Positions 1 through 12,402 are shown, counted from the stretch's first letter. The stretch is DNA of 64,000 bases from an uncultured Gemmatimonadales bacterium (GCA_963821525.1 CAWGED010000019.1:544001-608000); one strand, 5' to 3'. Numbers and translations: made by a program. Notes: generated by a model not told the origin, from the letters alone.

Positions 1-117
1 CCGTGGCTCGGCGCCCATGCCCTGCACCAAGACCCAGGTCAGGACATTGAGCGCGATGATTCCGTAGGTCGCGTAGGGGGTTCGGAGGGTCGGATTCTCG
101 TCGCGAATCGGGAACAT
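1..117 (-). CDS. Rhomboid-family intramembrane serine protease, 5' part (runs off window)
   Basis: Reverse-strand translation from ATG 117 gives MFPIRDENPTLRTPYATYGIIALNVLTWVLVQGMG, the typical 'M(F/I)P(I/L)RDENP' rhomboid N-terminus plus a TM helix. Catalytic motifs are outside the window. Confidence 0.7.
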   Translation of the reverse strand, partial: MFPIRDENPTLRTPYATYGIIALNVLTWVLVQGMGAEPR

Positions 118-294
118 GCCTCAATATACGGCTCATTTCCCGCCCTGCTTCGGCGTGCAAATGGGTCGCTAACCCGGCATATTTCCCAGTCCTCATTTCA
201 CAGCCTTGGTAGGGCGGCGAGTGTCAGGAGGTCTTCCCTGTCCAGCCACGATCGCGACCGCTCCGTTCTCGGGGTACCCCGCTCTATTGGCGGG

Positions 295-2165
295 GTGTTC
301 GTGAGTCTGGCCGGAATGGTGTGCCTCGGATTGGTTGCCGCAGCTAATCCTGTCTCGCGGGTTACTCCGCGCTCCATGGATGGAATCGAGGCCAACGACA
401 ATCGCACCCCGGCTGGCCAGCTTCGGGATGATACGCTCAGCATCCAGCTAGAGGTCAGAATGGGCACGTGGCGCCCTGAGGCCGACAGCGGTCCGGCCAT
501 CGAGGTCGCGGCCTTCGCCGAGGCTGGTAAGCCACCACAGGTGCCGGGTCCGCTGATTCGGGTTAAGGAAGGAACCACGATTGCGGCGACCATCAGGAAT
601 GCCCTCCCGGACTCAACCATCTCGATTTTCGGCCTTTTAACTCAGTCGGCCGGTCTGAAGGACAGTTTGACCCTGCGGCCCGGAGAAGCCCGCCAGGTTC
701 GCTTCACGGCAACAGCGGCCGGCACCTACTTCTACCGTGCGGTGCTCGGCAAGCATTCACCGGACCGGCACGTCAACGATGAACGCGAGCAGGTGGCGGG
801 GGCTCTGATCGTGGATCCTCCGGGCCCTGTCGCTCCCGACCGGATTCTTGCGATCAATATCTGGGGTAGCCGGGTGGACTCAGCTGTGTATCGTCCGATT
901 GACTATCGGAACGCGATCACGATCAACGGCCGCTCCTGGCCCTACACCGACAGGATCGAGGCGACCACAGGAGATACCGTGCGCCTGCGGGTGATCAACC
1001 TGAGCGGCGCGCACGCATCCCATGCATCTGCACGGGTTCTACTACCAGGTACTGTCCCGGGGCGACGGTGTCTCAGACACGGTCTACGCGGCCGACGATC
1101 GGCGCATGGTCGTCACCGAGGAGATGCGGCCCTTCACGACGATGGCGATGAGCTTCGTGCCAAATCGTCCCGGCAATTGGCTCTTTCATTGTCACGTAGG
1201 CTTTCACGTCGTGCCGCAGTCCCGGCTCAACAAGGTGGCGGTTGGTAGCCATGACGAGATGTCCCACGATCCCATGGTTCACATGGCGGGGCTCGCGGTA
1301 GGGATCACCGTCCATCCGGCTCCGGGCTGGACGCCTCCGAACCAGGGAAAGGCGCGTCGCCTGCATCTCTACGTAGATGAGGGCAAGCAGCGGTATCGCG
1401 CGAAGCGGGCACTCGGATTCGTCCTGCAGCGAGGTGCCAAACCCCCGCAGCCCGACTCCGTGGAGATTCCCGGCTCAGTGCTGGTGCTCACTCGAGGACA
1501 ACCGACCGATATCGTCGTCACCAACCGGCTCCGCGAAGCCGCCGCGATCCACTGGCACGGGGTGGAATTGCTGAGTTACTCCGATGGTGTTGCAGGATGG
1601 AGTGGCGATGGCCAACAGCTCGCTCCGGTGATAGCACCGGGCGATTCATTCACGGCGCATCTCCTCCTGCCTCGCGCCGGCACGTTCATCTATCACACGC
1701 ACCTCAACGACCTGGAGCAGCTCTCCTCCGGTCTGTACGGGGCCATCGTGGTCCTCGAGCCCGGCCAGCGCTTCGATCCCCTCAGAGATCATGTGTTCGT
1801 GGCGGGATGGGATTCACCGAATCCCGAGCCGCCTCGGATTCTCATCAATGGTGATTCGCTGCCCGCCCCGCTTGAGCTGAAGTCCGGGGTGTCCGCATCG
1901 GTTCCGCTTCATCAACATTGGATTGGCGCTGCCCGTTGGATTCGGGATATACCAGGACAGCTCACTGGTCCGCTGGCGTCGAGTGGCCAAGGATGGCGCC
2001 GACCTTCCGGCGCATCAGGCGGTCGAAGTCAACGCGCTGCAGGCGGTCCAGGTCGGGGAAACCTACGATTTCGAATGGACTCCGGAGCGAGGAGAGTACC
2101 AGTTGCGGGCGGGGCCGCCGGGAAAGCCGTTCTGGGTGCAGCGGTTGGTTGTCGATGGTCGATAG
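295..2165 (+). CDS. Multicopper oxidase domain protein (secreted), frameshifted near 1010 and 1890
   Basis: ORFs 295-1248, 1022-2185 and 1923-2165 join into one protein with Cu-binding motifs HPMHLHG, WLFHCHVGFH, IHWHG and YHTH, and an N-terminal signal-like segment. Confidence 0.85.
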
Positions 2166-2320
2166 TCGATGGTCGTGGGTCATGAGTCATGAGTCTTGAG
2201 TCTTGAGATCTCCGAAATAGTACCCAGGGCCACTGGCTACCACCCAATCACTGACTATCGACCATCGACCATTGACACACGACCCACGACTCAAGACTCG
2301 CGACCACCATTGACCATCGA
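2151..2320. repeat. Heptamer-built (GACNNNN) inverted repeat cluster overlapping the MCO stop and the kinase start
   Basis: GTCGATGGTCGATAGTC (2151-2167) is the reverse complement of 2253-2269. GAGTCTTGAGTC (2191-2202) pairs with 2288-2299, and TCGTGGGTC pairs with GACCCACGA at 2281-2289. Confidence 0.85.
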
Positions 2321-4922
2321 CGATAAACTGTCGGCCGCACTCTCCGACCGCTACCGCATCGAGCGGGAGCTGGGACAGGGAGGCATGGCTACGGTGGTCC
2401 TGGCCCACGACCTCAAGCACGATCGCCAGGTCGCGATCAAGGTCCTGCGGCCGGAGCTCGCGGTCATGATCGGGAGCGAGCGGTTCCTGCAGGAAATCCG
2501 GGTCACCGCAAGGCTTCGTCATCCCCATATCCTGCCGCTCTACGACTCGGGCGCCGTGGACGGCGTCCTGTACTACGTCTCCCCTCTCGTCGAAGGCGGT
2601 TCCCTCAAGGCGCGGCTCGAGCGCGACGGCAAGCTGCCGGCGGTCGAGGCGGTCCGCATCGCGCGCGAGGTGGCGGACGCGCTGGATTTCGCCCACCAGC
2701 GCGGGGTGATCCATCGCGACATCAAGCCCGACAACATCCTGCTCGAAGCCGGACACGCGGTGATCGCGGATTTCGGGATCGCACGAGCGGTCTCCGCGGC
2801 CGGCGCGGATCGGATGACTCAGGCCGGGGTGAGTGTGGGAACGCCGGCCTACATGAGTCCCGAGCAGGCCAGCAGCGAACTGGAAATCGACGGGCGGGCG
2901 GATATCTACGGGCTGGGAGTCGTGCTCTACGAAATGCTGTCGGGGAAGCCGCCGTTCACCGGGCAAACTCTGCAAGGCTTGATCGCGGCCGTCCTGACCC
3001 GGGAGGCGACACCGCTCCCCGCGTCACCCGATGTTCCGCCTGAACTCAGCAAGGCGGTCTCCAGAGCGATGGCGAAGAAGCCATCGGACCGCTTCGCGTC
3101 GGCGCGCGAGTTCAGCGATGCACTACGGTTTCACGAAGAGCCACAGTCTGCCGCCGGAGCGTCGGCTCGTCGGATTCGAGTCCTCGCCTTCGCCGGCCTG
3201 GGGGCCCTCGCTGTCGTCTTCTGGCTGACCACTCACCGGACCCAGGCACCTCCACGAGCCGCCGCCACGCGACTGGCCCAGCTCACCTCGGACGAGGCGG
3301 TGGAGGAGTGGCCATCGTGGTCACCCGACGGGGCTCGACTGGTGTTTTCGCGGACGGTCGCGGGCTACCGAAACCTGTTCCTGCGAACCTATCCAGGTGG
3401 AGAGGAAACACAGCTCACCAGAGGCTCCCGGGACGATATCCAGGCTTCATGGTCGCCCGACGGTAGCGTGATCGCGCTGGTCCGTTCCAGTCTCTCCGAC
3501 GGCAAGCTCGAGCCCGGAGACGTGCTCGGCTTGTATGCCGAAGGCGGCGATGTCTGGACGGTCGATCCCAAATCGGGAGCCGAAGAGCATCTCCTCTCGG
3601 GAGCCTTCAGCCCCAGCTGGTCGCCCGATGGGAATCACATCGCGGTAGACGCCGGCTGGGGAGGAGCGCATCGGATCTGGGTTACCGACAAGAACGGTCA
3701 CAATCCGCGGCAGGTCACGAGCGACAGCTCGAACGAGGTGGCCCACATGAGCCCCCGCTGGTCGCCGGACGGGAAGCGCCTGGTCTTCCGGAGATTCCAG
3801 CAACCCAAGTCCGACATCGTCGTGGTGGATCTCGCGACCGGCAAGACGACGTGGGTGACTCACGACGATGTTACGGATGTGAATCCGGCCTGGTCCCCCT
3901 CAGGACGGTTCATCTACTTCTCTTCCCTGCGGGGCGGAGGACTCAACCTCTGGCGAGTGGCGGTTTCCGAGAGCGGCGAACCACGGTCGCCACCGGAGCA
4001 GCTTACCACGGGCGCGGGGGACGATCTCGAGCCCTCGATCGCACCCGACGGGAAACGCCTCGCCTTCTCGATCTTCCGCATCGAGGCCGACCTCTGGCGG
4101 CTGCCGCTCGACCCGGTCACCGGGAAAACGACCGGGAAGCCCGAGCCGGTCATCGCCACGACTCGGGTGGAGAGCCGGGGTGCCTGGTCTCCGGATGGAC
4201 GCACCATCGCGTTCAATTCGGATCGTAACGGAGACATGAACCTGTGGCTGCATTCGGAGGGCGAGACCGACCGGCAACTCACCAGTGGTCCGGGAGGCGA
4301 CTACCAGCCGAACTGGTCGCCGGACGGGAAGGTCATTGCGTTCTTCTCTTCCCGATCAGGCCAGAACGACATCTGGACGGTTCAGTTGGCGGATACCGCG
4401 CTCAAGCGGCTCACATCGGATACCGGGATTCACATCAATCCGTTCTTCTCCCCGGACGGGAAATACATCGCGTACCATGAGGACCGCGACGGCCGCTTCC
4501 AGCTCTGGGTGATGAACGCGGATGGCTCGAATCAGCACCAGCTCTCGAGTGATGGCGCGGCCGGCCATTTCATGCGCTGGTCGGCGGACGGCAAGAGCGT
4601 CATCATCCGGGCGGAACCTCCCGGAGGCACGCAGATTCTGTCAGTCAACGTCGAGACCGGGGCCGTCGAGCGCCTGCCGGATGTGGCGGGCGGCAGCCAC
4701 ATGTCCTTCTCGCCCGATCATAGCCTCGTCCTCGATGTGAAAGGCCACAAGACCATCTGGATCACCCCGATGAAAGGCGGCTCCCCGTATCAGATATTCG
4801 AGTTTCCCGATCCCGCCATTCGCATCGATTATCCAGTCTGGTCTCCCGACGGACATTTCCTGCTGTTCGATCACGACGCGCCACACGGAGGTGACATTTG
4901 GCTGCTGGATGGAGTCGAGTGA
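2310..4922 (+). CDS. Ser/Thr kinase K1: kinase + TM + PD40/TolB-like beta-propeller
   Basis: GQGGMA, VAIK, HRDIKPDN, DFG and GTPAYMSPE motifs, a TM segment, then many WSPDG repeats. TTG start at 2310 inferred from paralogue leaders (MTID..LS.AL.DRY). Confidence 0.93.
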   Translation: MTIDDKLSAALSDRYRIERELGQGGMATVVLAHDLKHDRQVAIKVLRPELAVMIGSERFLQEIRVTARLRHPHILPLYDSGAVDGVLYYVSPLVEGGSLKARLERDGKLPAVEAVRIAREVADALDFAHQRGVIHRDIKPDNILLEAGHAVIADFGIARAVSAAGADRMTQAGVSVGTPAYMSPEQASSELEIDGRADIYGLGVVLYEMLSGKPPFTGQTLQGLIAAVLTREATPLPASPDVPPELSKAVSRAMAKKPSDRFASAREFSDALRFHEEPQSAAGASARRIRVLAFAGLGALAVVFWLTTHRTQAPPRAAATRLAQLTSDEAVEEWPSWSPDGARLVFSRTVAGYRNLFLRTYPGGEETQLTRGSRDDIQASWSPDGSVIALVRSSLSDGKLEPGDVLGLYAEGGDVWTVDPKSGAEEHLLSGAFSPSWSPDGNHIAVDAGWGGAHRIWVTDKNGHNPRQVTSDSSNEVAHMSPRWSPDGKRLVFRRFQQPKSDIVVVDLATGKTTWVTHDDVTDVNPAWSPSGRFIYFSSLRGGGLNLWRVAVSESGEPRSPPEQLTTGAGDDLEPSIAPDGKRLAFSIFRIEADLWRLPLDPVTGKTTGKPEPVIATTRVESRGAWSPDGRTIAFNSDRNGDMNLWLHSEGETDRQLTSGPGGDYQPNWSPDGKVIAFFSSRSGQNDIWTVQLADTALKRLTSDTGIHINPFFSPDGKYIAYHEDRDGRFQLWVMNADGSNQHQLSSDGAAGHFMRWSADGKSVIIRAEPPGGTQILSVNVETGAVERLPDVAGGSHMSFSPDHSLVLDVKGHKTIWITPMKGGSPYQIFEFPDPAIRIDYPVWSPDGHFLLFDHDAPHGGDIWLLDGVE

Positions 4923-6756
4923 CTCTCAAAGCAGTTCTGTTCGTGGTCCTTGCGACTGGGTGGTCGTGGAGCACGCCGCGCAGCCCGGGCCTTCCCACGA
5001 TCGCCGCGAACGACAATCGCACTCCCGCCGGCCAGGAGAGGAACGACACTCTCCGGATCAGGCTCGAGGTCAGGATGGGCGTGTGGCGGCCGGAAGCTGA
5101 CAGCGGACCCTCGGCCGAAGTGGCCGCGTTCGCCGAGGAGACGCAATGCTCCGCAGATCCCGGGTCCGCTCATCCGGGTGAAGACGGGAACGATCATCAG
5201 TGCGACGGTGCGGAACGCACTTACCGACTCCACCATCTCGGTGCACGGCCTGCTCACTCGGCCAGCCGCAAGCGACGACAGCCTGATTCTCCGCCCCGGA
5301 GAAGTTCGCAGCGTCACCTTCGCAGCGGGACAACCTGGCACCTACTTCTACTGGGCGGTCCTCGGCAAGCACAATCCGGAAAAAGATGACGAGCGGGAGC
5401 AGCTTTCCGGCGCCTTCGTAGTTGATCCTCGTGAAGGGTCGCCACCCGACCGGATTCTGATGCTGAACATCTGGGGAAGGACCGTGGATTCGGCGAATTA
5501 CCGGAACGCGCTTGCCATCAACGGCCGGTCCTGGCCGTACACCGAGCGAATACACGCCACGGTAGGCGACACGATTCGCTGGCGACTGATCAATGCGACG
5601 ATGGCGCCCCCACCCCATGCATCTCCACGGCTTCTACTACAGCATAGACGCATCAGGAGACGGGTTGCGGGATTCGCTCTACCGGCGCGAGGACCGCAGG
5701 CTGGTCGTGACCGAGGATATGAGGCCATTCGAGACGAGATCGGTTTCCTGGAGTCCGGATCGCCCGGGGAACTGGCTCTTTCATTGCCACATCGGGTTCC
5801 ATGTCGTCCCTGATACCCGGCTCGACCCTCCGGCAGCCGACAGTCACGACCGCATGGCTCACGACCCTGGTGTTCACATGGCCGGCCTGGTTCTGGGAAT
5901 CACGGTTGATCCCCGTGAGCGTGGGCGGCGAACTGCCAAAGTGGTCGGCGAAGCGCGAGCACCTGTTCATCCAGGAGGGCGCCCGCCATCGGTTAGCGCC
6001 GCGCACGATGGCGTACGTGCTCCAGCGCGGGAGCTGTCCCCGCGTCCGATTCGATCCGAGGTACCCAGCTCCCTCTTGTTGCTGACCCGCGGCCAATCGA
6101 CCGACATGGTGATCATCAACCGTCTCAAGGAGCCAAGCGCGATCCACTGGCACGGAATCGAGCTGGGGAGCTACTCCGACGGAGTGGCCGGCTGGAGTGG
6201 CGCCGGCACCACCCTGGCCCCCTCGATTCAGCCGGGAGACTCGTTCGTCGCCCATCTGATCCTGCCTCGGGCGGGGACGTTCATCTATCACACCCACATG
6301 AATGATCTGGAACAGCTTACTTCGGGACTCTTCGGCGCGGTCCTGGTGCTGGAGCCGGGGAAACCATTCGACCCCGCGACCGACCACGTTTACGTGGCAG
6401 GCTGGGACGGGCCCGCCGATCCACCGAATGTCGTGGTCAATGGAGACACGACGGCGAAGCCGTTGTCGATGCGAGCCGGTGTCGACCAGCGATTCCGCCT
6501 GATAAACATCGGTCCCGCGGCGAGCCTCAAGTTCGCCATCTATCGGGATACGTCGGTGGTGACGTGGCGAGCCTTGGCCAAGGATGGAGCAGACCTGCCG
6601 CTGTCCCAGGCGACCACCAGGCCGGCTCGGCAATTCGTCCAGGTTGGAGAGACCTACGACTTTACGTTCAGGGCGGACCCGGGAGAGTACCGGCTGGTAG
6701 CGATCCTCAGGGGAACAGCTATACAAGTCTTCCGGCAGGCGCTGGTGGTGAACTAA
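4919..6756 (+). CDS. Multicopper oxidase domain protein, paralogue of 295-2165, several frameshifts
   Basis: GTG overlaps the K1 stop. ORFs 4898, 4950, 5593 and 5801 piece together ANDNRTPAG..., HPMHLHG, WLFHCHIGFH, IHWHG and YHTH. Confidence 0.85.
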
Positions 6757-6782
6757 ATGATCCCTATGAGGGAGGAATTGAA

Positions 6783-9023
6783 GTGACGCGTCATCCCCGC
6801 ATGGTTTACGTCGCGATTGCCACGCTTTGCGCTGCGTGCGCCTCCGCCTTCCCCTCTTCCTCCGACGGGGAGAGGCTCGTACAACAAGGGCAACGGGTCA
6901 CCATCATCCGCGACGACTGGGGTATCGCGCACGTCTACGGCAAGACCGACGCGGATGCCGTGTTCGGCATGATCTACGCCCAGGCGGAGGACGATTTCAA
7001 CCGGGTGGAGACCAATTACATCAACGCCATGGGGCGTCTGGCCGAAGCCGAAGGAGAGAAGGCGATCTATCAGGACCTTCGCATGAAGATGTTCATCAAC
7101 CCGGATGAGATGAAGGCGCTGTACAGATCGAGCCCCGCTTGGCTCAAGGAACTGATGATCGCGTGGGCCGATGGACTCAATTTGTACCTGCTCAAGCATC
7201 CCGAGGTGCATCCCAGGGTCCTCCTGTACTTCGAACCCTGGATGGCGCTGACCTTCACCGAAGGCAGCATCGGCAGCGATATCGAAAGCATTTCCCTCGA
7301 GGCCCTCGAGGCACTCTACGCGAAGACTTCCGGCGCCCAGGGAGAACGCGGTCCTGCCTTGCCACCAGAGACCACCGGATCCAACGGGATCGCCATTGCG
7401 CCGGCCAATGCGGTTTCCCACCACGCCTTGCTCCTGATCAATCCCCATACCTCCTTCTTTTTCCGGTCGGAGCTTCAGGCGGTGAGCGAGGAGGGCCTGA
7501 ACGTCTACGGCGCGGCCACCTGGGGGCAGTTCTTCATCTATCAGGGCTTCAACGATCGGCTGGGGTGGATGCATACCTCCAGCGGGGTGGATGCGATTGA
7601 CGAGTATGCCGAGACGATAACCCGGAAGGGTGACAGCCTGTTCTATCGTGACGGCAGTGTCGAACGGCCTCTTACTGTCGAGAAGATCACGGTGCCGTAC
7701 AAGCTGGAGGGTGGCATGGGTAAGAGAGAGTTCACCGTGTACCGCACCCGCCACGGCCCCATCGTCCGGGAGGCCGATGGCAAGTGGATAAGCGTGCGCC
7801 TGATGGAGGACCCGGTTCGGGCGCTCACCGAGTCTTATACCAGGACCAAGGCCAGGAACTACAAGGCCTTTCGCGAGACCGTGGATATGCGCACCAACTC
7901 CTCCAACAACACGGTCTACGCCGACGCCGACGGCAACATCGCCTACTTCCAGGCCAGCTTCATCCCCAAGAGAGATCCGAAATTCGACTGGACTCGCCCG
8001 GTGGACGGGAGCGACTCGGCGACCGACTGGAAGGGGCTGCTCACCCTCGACGAGATGCCGAACGTCTTTAACCCGCCCAACGGCTGGATCCAGAACACGA
8101 ACAACTGGCCCTACTCGGCGGCCGGGGAAAACAGCCCGAAGCAGAATGACTTCCCGCGCTATGTGGATACCTATGGCGAGAATCCGCGCGGCATTCATGC
8201 GATGCGATTACTGGAGGGGAAGAAGGACTTCTCTCTGCAGGGGCTGATCGACGCCGCTTACGACAGCTACCAGCCGACGTTTGCGGTCCTGGTCCCCCCG
8301 CTGATCAAGGATTACGACGCGCTACCTGCGTCGAGTCCGCTGAAATCGAAACTGGCCGAACAGGTGAAGGTGCTGCGCGGCTGGGACTACCGCTGGTCCG
8401 CCGAGTCGGTCCCGACCGCGCTGGCGATCTATTGGGCTGAAGACCTCTGGCGACGGGTACCACAGGACGCGAACGACGAAGAGCTCCCGGGGTGGGAGTA
8501 CATCGCAAAGAAGGCGACGGCAGATGAGCGGCTGGAGTCGCTGGCGGCAGCATCGGACAAACTGGCACAGGACTTCGGAACCTGGAAAACGCCCTGGGGA
8601 GACATCAACCGCTTCCAGCGGCTGACCGATGACATCGTCCACCGCTTCAGCGACGCTGCTCCCAGCATCCCGGTTCCCTTCACCACCGCACAGTGGGGAT
8701 CATTGGCGTCGATCGTGCCCCAGGCCAACAGTGGGACCAGGAAGCGGTACGGCAGGTACGGGAACAGCTTCGTCGCGGTGGTCGAGTTCGGCGATTCGGT
8801 CCGGGCCAGAGCGGTGACCGCGGGGGGCGAGAGCGGCGACCCCAAGTCCCAGCACTTCAAGGATCAGGCGGAGCGGTACAGCAAAGGGGACTTGCGAGAG
8901 GTGTATTTCTACCGGTCACAGCTCAAGGGGCATACGGAGAGGGAGTACCATCCGGGCGAGTGGAACGGGAGACGGCGTGACGAGGCCTGCGACCGACAAC
9001 CATACAGCGACACCTCATCCTGA
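6783..9023 (+). CDS. Penicillin acylase / AHL-acylase family Ntn-hydrolase
   Basis: IIRDDWGIAHVYG, GMIYAQAED, beta-chain start GSNG(IAIAP) with nucleophile Ser, LLINPH and QNTNN motifs. GGAGG RBS at about 6771 precedes GTG 6783. Confidence 0.9.
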   Translation: MTRHPRMVYVAIATLCAACASAFPSSSDGERLVQQGQRVTIIRDDWGIAHVYGKTDADAVFGMIYAQAEDDFNRVETNYINAMGRLAEAEGEKAIYQDLRMKMFINPDEMKALYRSSPAWLKELMIAWADGLNLYLLKHPEVHPRVLLYFEPWMALTFTEGSIGSDIESISLEALEALYAKTSGAQGERGPALPPETTGSNGIAIAPANAVSHHALLLINPHTSFFFRSELQAVSEEGLNVYGAATWGQFFIYQGFNDRLGWMHTSSGVDAIDEYAETITRKGDSLFYRDGSVERPLTVEKITVPYKLEGGMGKREFTVYRTRHGPIVREADGKWISVRLMEDPVRALTESYTRTKARNYKAFRETVDMRTNSSNNTVYADADGNIAYFQASFIPKRDPKFDWTRPVDGSDSATDWKGLLTLDEMPNVFNPPNGWIQNTNNWPYSAAGENSPKQNDFPRYVDTYGENPRGIHAMRLLEGKKDFSLQGLIDAAYDSYQPTFAVLVPPLIKDYDALPASSPLKSKLAEQVKVLRGWDYRWSAESVPTALAIYWAEDLWRRVPQDANDEELPGWEYIAKKATADERLESLAAASDKLAQDFGTWKTPWGDINRFQRLTDDIVHRFSDAAPSIPVPFTTAQWGSLASIVPQANSGTRKRYGRYGNSFVAVVEFGDSVRARAVTAGGESGDPKSQHFKDQAERYSKGDLREVYFYRSQLKGHTEREYHPGEWNGRRRDEACDRQPYSDTSS

Positions 9024-9102
9024 GCGCAGCGAAGGACCTAGTCTCCCAGCCTAGACGCCAAGGCTCGGACATTAGGTCCCTCGCTGCGCTCGGGATGAGG
9101 TG
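9011..9102. repeat. REP-like palindromic element (TCATCCYGAGCGCAGCGARGGACC...), possible terminator
   Basis: 30-bp arms at 9011-9040 and 9073-9102 are reverse complements with 2 mismatches. Related copies lie at 24096 and 52450. Confidence 0.85.
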
Positions 9103-9237
9103 CTACCCTCGCTCCTGCCTCGGTCACCTATCCCTGTTCCCATCTTGCCCGATTTCCCTGCCCTGTCCCTGTTGCCCTCATCCCCTCTCCCCGTAGTTTT
9201 TAGCCCTGTTCCCCCGTAGGTTTCAGCTTCTCTCCCC

Positions 9238-12200
9238 TTGGATCCACCATCAGTCTCGAGCCCCGGCTGCAAGCTGCTCTGGGTGATACCTACCGCGTCC
9301 TGAAAGAACTGGGAGGCGGGGGGATGAGCCGCGTCTTCCTCGCCGAGGAAACCCGGCTGGGGCGGCAGGTGGTCATCAAGCTGCTCCCGCCCGACATGGG
9401 CGCCTCGGTCAATGTCGAGCGGTTCGAGCGGGAGATCCAGCTCGCCGCCCGCCTGCAGCACCCGCACATCGTCCCGCTTCTCGCCGCCGCCGCTTCCGGC
9501 GATCTGCTGTACTACATCATGCCCTACATCGCGGGCGAGTCGCTCCGGGCCAAACTGGCGCGGGAAGGAGAGCTGCCCGTCGCGGAGGCCGCCAAGATCC
9601 TGCGCGAGGTGGTGGACGCGCTGTCCTACGCCCATCGCAATGGCGTCGTGCACCGCGACATCAAGCCGGACAACGTTTTGCTCTCGGATGGGCACGCCGT
9701 GGTCACCGACTTCGGCGTCGCCAAGGCGGTCACGGCCTCCAGTGGCAAGTCGTCACTGACTTCGCTCGGCGTGGCGCTGGGGACCCCGGCCTACATGGCG
9801 CCGGAGCAGGCGGCGGCCGATCCCCACGTGGATCATCGCGCCGACATCTACGCCGTGGGTGCCTTGGCGTACGAGATGCTCACCGGCCGCACGCCGTTCG
9901 TCGCACCCACACCGCAGGCGCTGCTCGCGGCCCACATCACCCAGGCGCCGGAGCCGGTCACCAGGCACCGTCCTGCAGTGTCCGCGGCGTTGAACGGCGT
10001 TCTGATGCGCTGCCTCGAGAAGCGTCCCGCAGATCGGTGGCAGAGCGCGGGTGAGTTGCTGGTCCAGCTCGAGGCGGCGACGACTCCCAGCACAGGCGGC
10101 ATGACTCCCACCGGAACCACGCCGGTTGTCTCGAGCGGCACCGAGGAGGCGATTCGAAAGAGTCACCCGCTCAGAGTCGGGTTGCTGTTCGGGGCCGCCT
10201 CGCTGGGAGTGCTGGGTCTCGTTTACCTGCTGGTCCACCAGCTCGGCCTGCCCGACTGGGTCTTCTACGGCGCCATCGGACTGCTCCTCATCGGGCTGCC
10301 GATCATGCTGATCACCAGCCGCTTCGAGCGCCGCAGAGCGCTGGCCCGCGCCAGCGGCCGGGTCTCGATGACACCGAATCAGGGTCTGCATCGCTGGTTC
10401 ACCTGGAAGAAGGCCATTCAGGGCGGCATCATAGCCTTCGCCACACTAGGTGTGATCGCCGTCGTCTACACCGCCATGCGCCTCCTCGGCATCGGCCCGG
10501 TCGGAACCCTCGTGGCATCAGGACGGCTCAAAGAACGAGACCGCCTGGTCGTGGCCGACTTCGAGAACCGGACTGCCGATCCAAATCTGGCTGGATCGAT
10601 CACCGAGGCATTCCGGATCGACCTCGGCCAGTCTCCTGTCGTTCAGCTCATGAGTACCGCCCAGGTCAGCGACGCGCTGCAGCGGATGCAGCGGGATCCG
10701 AATACCCCGATCACGAGCGCCGTGGCACAGGAGATCGCCGCCCGGGAAGGGGCAAAGGCGGTCGTGGCGGGGGAGATCAGCTCGGTCGGCAAGGGCTATG
10801 TGCTGTCGGCCCGCATCCTGAACGCCGGGGATGGTGCCGAGCTGGTGGCACTGCGGGAGACTGCGACCGATGACGCCGGAATCGTTGCTGCGATCGATCG
10901 GCTCTCCGGTCATGTTCGGGAGCGAATCGGGGAATCCCTCAAGACCATCCGGACCGGCGAGCCGTTGGATCAGGTCACGACCTCTTCGCTCGAGGCGCTC
11001 CGGCTCTACTCCGAAGGGTCGCGGCTCAACGACCAAGGCTCCCCCGACAAGGCGATCCCGCTGCTGGAGCAGGCCATCGCGCTGGACAGCGGCTTCGCCA
11101 TGGCGTGGCGCAAGCTCGCGGTCGCGCTGGGCAACACCCGCGCCAGTCAGGAGCGACAGATCCTTGCCACCACCAAGGCCTACCAGCATCGCGATCGCCT
11201 GCCGGAGGTCGAACGACAGTTCACCATCGCCTACTACTACGACAATGTGGAGATCGATCCGGCAAAGGTGGAGGCAGCCTACCGTCGCATCCTGGCCATG
11301 AGGCCGGAGAACTACGGAGCAACCAATAACCTGGCCCTGTTCCTGGGGCGGATGGGTCGAGCCGCAGAGGCGGAATCGGTGGCTGCCCCCATGGCGCGCT
11401 CGGCGACCACCGTGGGCAACATGAACATGCAGCTCCTCAACGCGCAGCTCGCCCAGGGACACGCGGCCGACGCGCGGCGCACGCTCGAGACGATGGCGAG
11501 GCTCGACTCGACCGCACCGGTCTATCTGCGCGGACGGGCCATGACTTTGGGTGCCATCGGGGAGTACGACAGCGCTCAGCGGGCGTGGCTGGATGTGGGG
11601 CTCAAGCTCCGCGATCCGAGCTATCAGAGCATGGCGTCCATGGGCCTTGCCACGATAGCCCAGACCCAAGGCAGACTGGCCGAGGCCGAGCGGCAGACTC
11701 AGCTCAACATCGGCATTAGTGAACGGCGTGGACTCCCGGGCGCCGCGTTGGAGGGAGCGGCGAGTATTGCCCTGCAGTACGCGCTGTTCCGTCGGGACAC
11801 GGTTGCGGCCCTCCGCCTCATCCGCTCGGCTCTCCAGCAGCGGCCGCTCAACTCCATCCCGGCGCTCGATCGCCCCGGTGATGCGATTGCGCTGGTTTAC
11901 GCCGTTGCGGGGCAACCTGCCGAGGCACGGCAGTTCCTCCGAGAATACGAAGCGACGGTCCCCGAAGGGGTCCGACGCGGCAACTGGGGATGGTACGTCG
12001 CGACGGGATGGTTGGCCCTCGCGGAGAACCGACCGGGGGACGCGGTCGCCGCCTTTGTGCGAGGCAGAACTGCGCCCAGCTGTCCCGACTGCGGAGCCTG
12101 GCAGGAAGGCATCGCATTCGAGCGGGCCAACCAGCCGGACTCGGCGATTGCCGCCTACCAGCGTGCGGTTGGCCCGGGGACCGGCTGGAAGTCGCTGGCG

Positions 12201-12395
12201 GACCCCTGGGGACTGGCGCCGAGCCTCAAGCGACTGGGTGAGCTCTACGAGGAGCGGGGCGACAAGGCAAAGGCACTCGACTACTACACCCGATTCGTGG
12301 CGCTCTGGAAGGACGCCGATCCCGTGCTCCAGCCGAGCGTGCGCGAGGTGCGGGGGCGGATGGCGAAGCTGGCGGGGGAATCGGTGAGGCAATAG
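9238..12395 (+). CDS. Ser/Thr kinase K2: kinase + about 3 TM + TolB_N-like + TPR repeats
   Basis: ORF 9324-12395 extends upstream in frame as RLQAALGDTYRVLKELGGGGMSRVFLA. It has HRDIKPDN, DFG, three hydrophobic helices, a VVADFENRT domain and TPR-like helices. The probable TTG start at 9238 needs a 1-nt indel, so the start is uncertain. Confidence 0.9.
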
Positions 12396-12402
12396 GCGGG
12401 AA

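Noticed and set aside
295..6756. Programmed frameshifting in the multicopper oxidases (both shift just before HPMHLHG)
   Set aside because: The local sequences differ, no shared slippery site is evident, and indels are widespread in this window. Error is more likely, though read checking is cheap.
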